Source: Podarcis filfolensis
Lineage: Eukaryota
Length of the DNA: 64,000 bases
Strand: one strand, 5' to 3'
Assembly (NCBI GenBank): GCA_964270895.1
Contig: OZ185438.1
Every line of letters starts with the position of its first letter. The stretch's first letter is position 1. The position numbers and the translations under genes were made by a program. Below, one piece after another: positions 62,337 through 64,000 of the stretch. The notes under the pieces were generated by a model. The model was not told the DNA's origin and ran no database searches. It saw nothing but the letters and a program-made list of their open reading frames with translations.

Positions 62337-62696
62337 GGGGACGCGGGTGGCGCTGTGGTCTAAACCACTGAGCCTAGGGCTTGCTGATCGGAAGGTCGGT
62401 GGTTCGAATCTGGGTGAGTTCCCATTGCTCAGTCCCAGCTCCTGCCAACCTAGCAGTTCAAAAGCACGTCAAAGTGCAAGTAGATAAATAGGTACTGCTT
62501 GAGCGGGAAGGCAAACGGCGTTTCCATGTGCGGCTCTGGTTTCAGGAGAAGTGGCTTAGTCATGCTGGCCACATGACTCGGAAAAACTGTCTGTGGACAA
62601 ACGTTGGCTCCCTTGGCCAGTAAAGCAAGATGAGCACTGCAACCCCAGAGTCGTTCGCGACTGGACCTAAGAGTCAGGGGTTCTTTACCTTTACCA
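62337..62696 (+). mobile_element. Full-length Sauria-type SINE
   Basis: gggacgcgggtggcgctgtggtctaaacc head and (ACCTTT)n tail. 13-bp TSD ttaatctttagat at 62324-62336 and 62697-62709. Confidence 0.92.
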
Positions 62697-64000
62697 TTAA
62701 TCTTTAGATATAAACTTGTCTTAGTTCCATATATAATTGGCAGAAGGAACGTCACTGCTCTGAGCCTGCTCAGTGGATTCCTTCGTATGTTGCATTAGAA
62801 AGATACCTATATTATTCACCTGAAATTATTCATGAGTGTGCCCCATTTACTTCAATGAGTCTTATGCAAGAGTAAAAAAAATACTAGCCCAAGTAATCAT
62901 CTTACAGTGCAATTCTGGACATGTTTCCTTCAGAGTTGAATTGCTAAACATTTTATTCTAAAAGGGGGGGGGGGTTCTAGTTGCTTGGCACTTCACTAAA
63001 TATTGACTTTTACAAGCCAAGAGACATCAAGGCTGTTAATTTTGAGGTGTTACTCCTAAACTACCTCACAAGATATGAAACGGAGGATTGTGAAAGCATA
63101 TATATTGCCCACCTTCTCTTTATTTTGGATACTGCCAAAGTAATTGAGGAAGAGTACCTGATTAGCGTGGGACTTTTGCCACATTTTAATTACACTTCAG
63201 ACTTTTGATGTATGAACAAATACAAAGATTAAAGCTGAATACAAAGATGGAAGTGGAAAGGAATCATTAAAGGATCAGATAATAGAGTCTTTAAAAGATA
63301 TAGACATGGTTTTCTTTAATCCATTGGATAAAATACAACTTTCAAAGTAACAAGCTGTTTATCTACTGTTACACATCCAATAGCCTAATTTTGCTGCAAC
63401 ATGCCATACATGTATGTGTCACACATTCCATTTCATACTCGGCAATCACATCTTTCAAAATACATGTGCACAAGAACACTATAAACAGCTTATATGTATA
63501 TAAACTGACGTTTTTATCTAAGACTACAGATAAATGGAAACCAGGGAAAGAGAAAGATCTCATTCACATCTATAGATGCATGCATTTTGCATAAACAAAA
63601 ACTGCAAATTTAAACACATGCAGATAAAATTGCCTCAGGGGACAGATCCCATTTGTAGAATGCCAGTTGCCCCATTTTATGAAATATTCCATATGCCATA
63701 ATACACCTCACAACCTTAATTGTCCCAGTTTAAGAAAGTACTTACAAGTTTCATAAAAAGGTACTCCTTCACTCACAGCAGGATAAGCACCTGCATACAT
63801 ATTTGTCTTCACTGCTTGACAACATTCTGCAACTCTCATTAATTACTGCATGTAGTTCTAGGTTGACATTTGATTATCAAATCACCTTGGCCAATTACTC
63901 AATTAAATATCAACTGTTTGATAGACAAATGGACACACACACACAAATCAGTTAGTGTCTTTGTTACCCATTGTTTTTCTTACATGCCACCCCCCCCACT

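Noticed and set aside
63050-63072. TGAGGTAG let-7 seed-like match on minus (similar partial matches at about 13795 and 45943)
   Set aside because: The match stops after the seed and there is no hairpin partner. No vertebrate miRNA that I could recall was found.
1-64000. Prokaryote-style systems (CRISPR arrays, operons, defence islands)
   Set aside because: The window is vertebrate genomic DNA, with no regularly spaced repeat-spacer array and no gene-dense region.
1-64000. A gene symbol for the host locus
   Set aside because: None of the candidate exon peptides or UTR sequences matched a gene I could recall with confidence; BLAST or synteny is needed.

Overview
This is eukaryotic genomic DNA, not microbial. 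The repeat content (Sauria-type SINEs, a MIR/CORE-type SINE with a (CTT)n tail, CR1, L2, L1, BovB/RTE, TA-flanked MITEs) points to a squamate reptile, most likely a lacertid lizard. I recalled these families from memory and did not run a database search. No cellular protein-coding region could be recognised. The only ORFs I could assign to a protein are LINE ORF2 remnants; the rest look like chance ORFs. The non-repeat sequence has a series of minus-strand splice signals: short exon candidates, several of them closed in all three frames, and at least two promoter-like blocks (about 25.4-25.7 kb and 48.9-49.8 kb). The best reading is the multi-promoter, uORF-rich non-coding 5' part of a large minus-strand gene, or a spliced lncRNA. 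I could not identify the gene. I found no rRNA, tRNA gene, CRISPR array or recognisable miRNA, and no evidence of a new biological system. The most interesting items are the minus-strand exon/promoter architecture, a perfect 19-bp inverted repeat around a (CA)13 tract, an L1 fragment with a 26-bp target-site duplication, and several nested transposon insertions.
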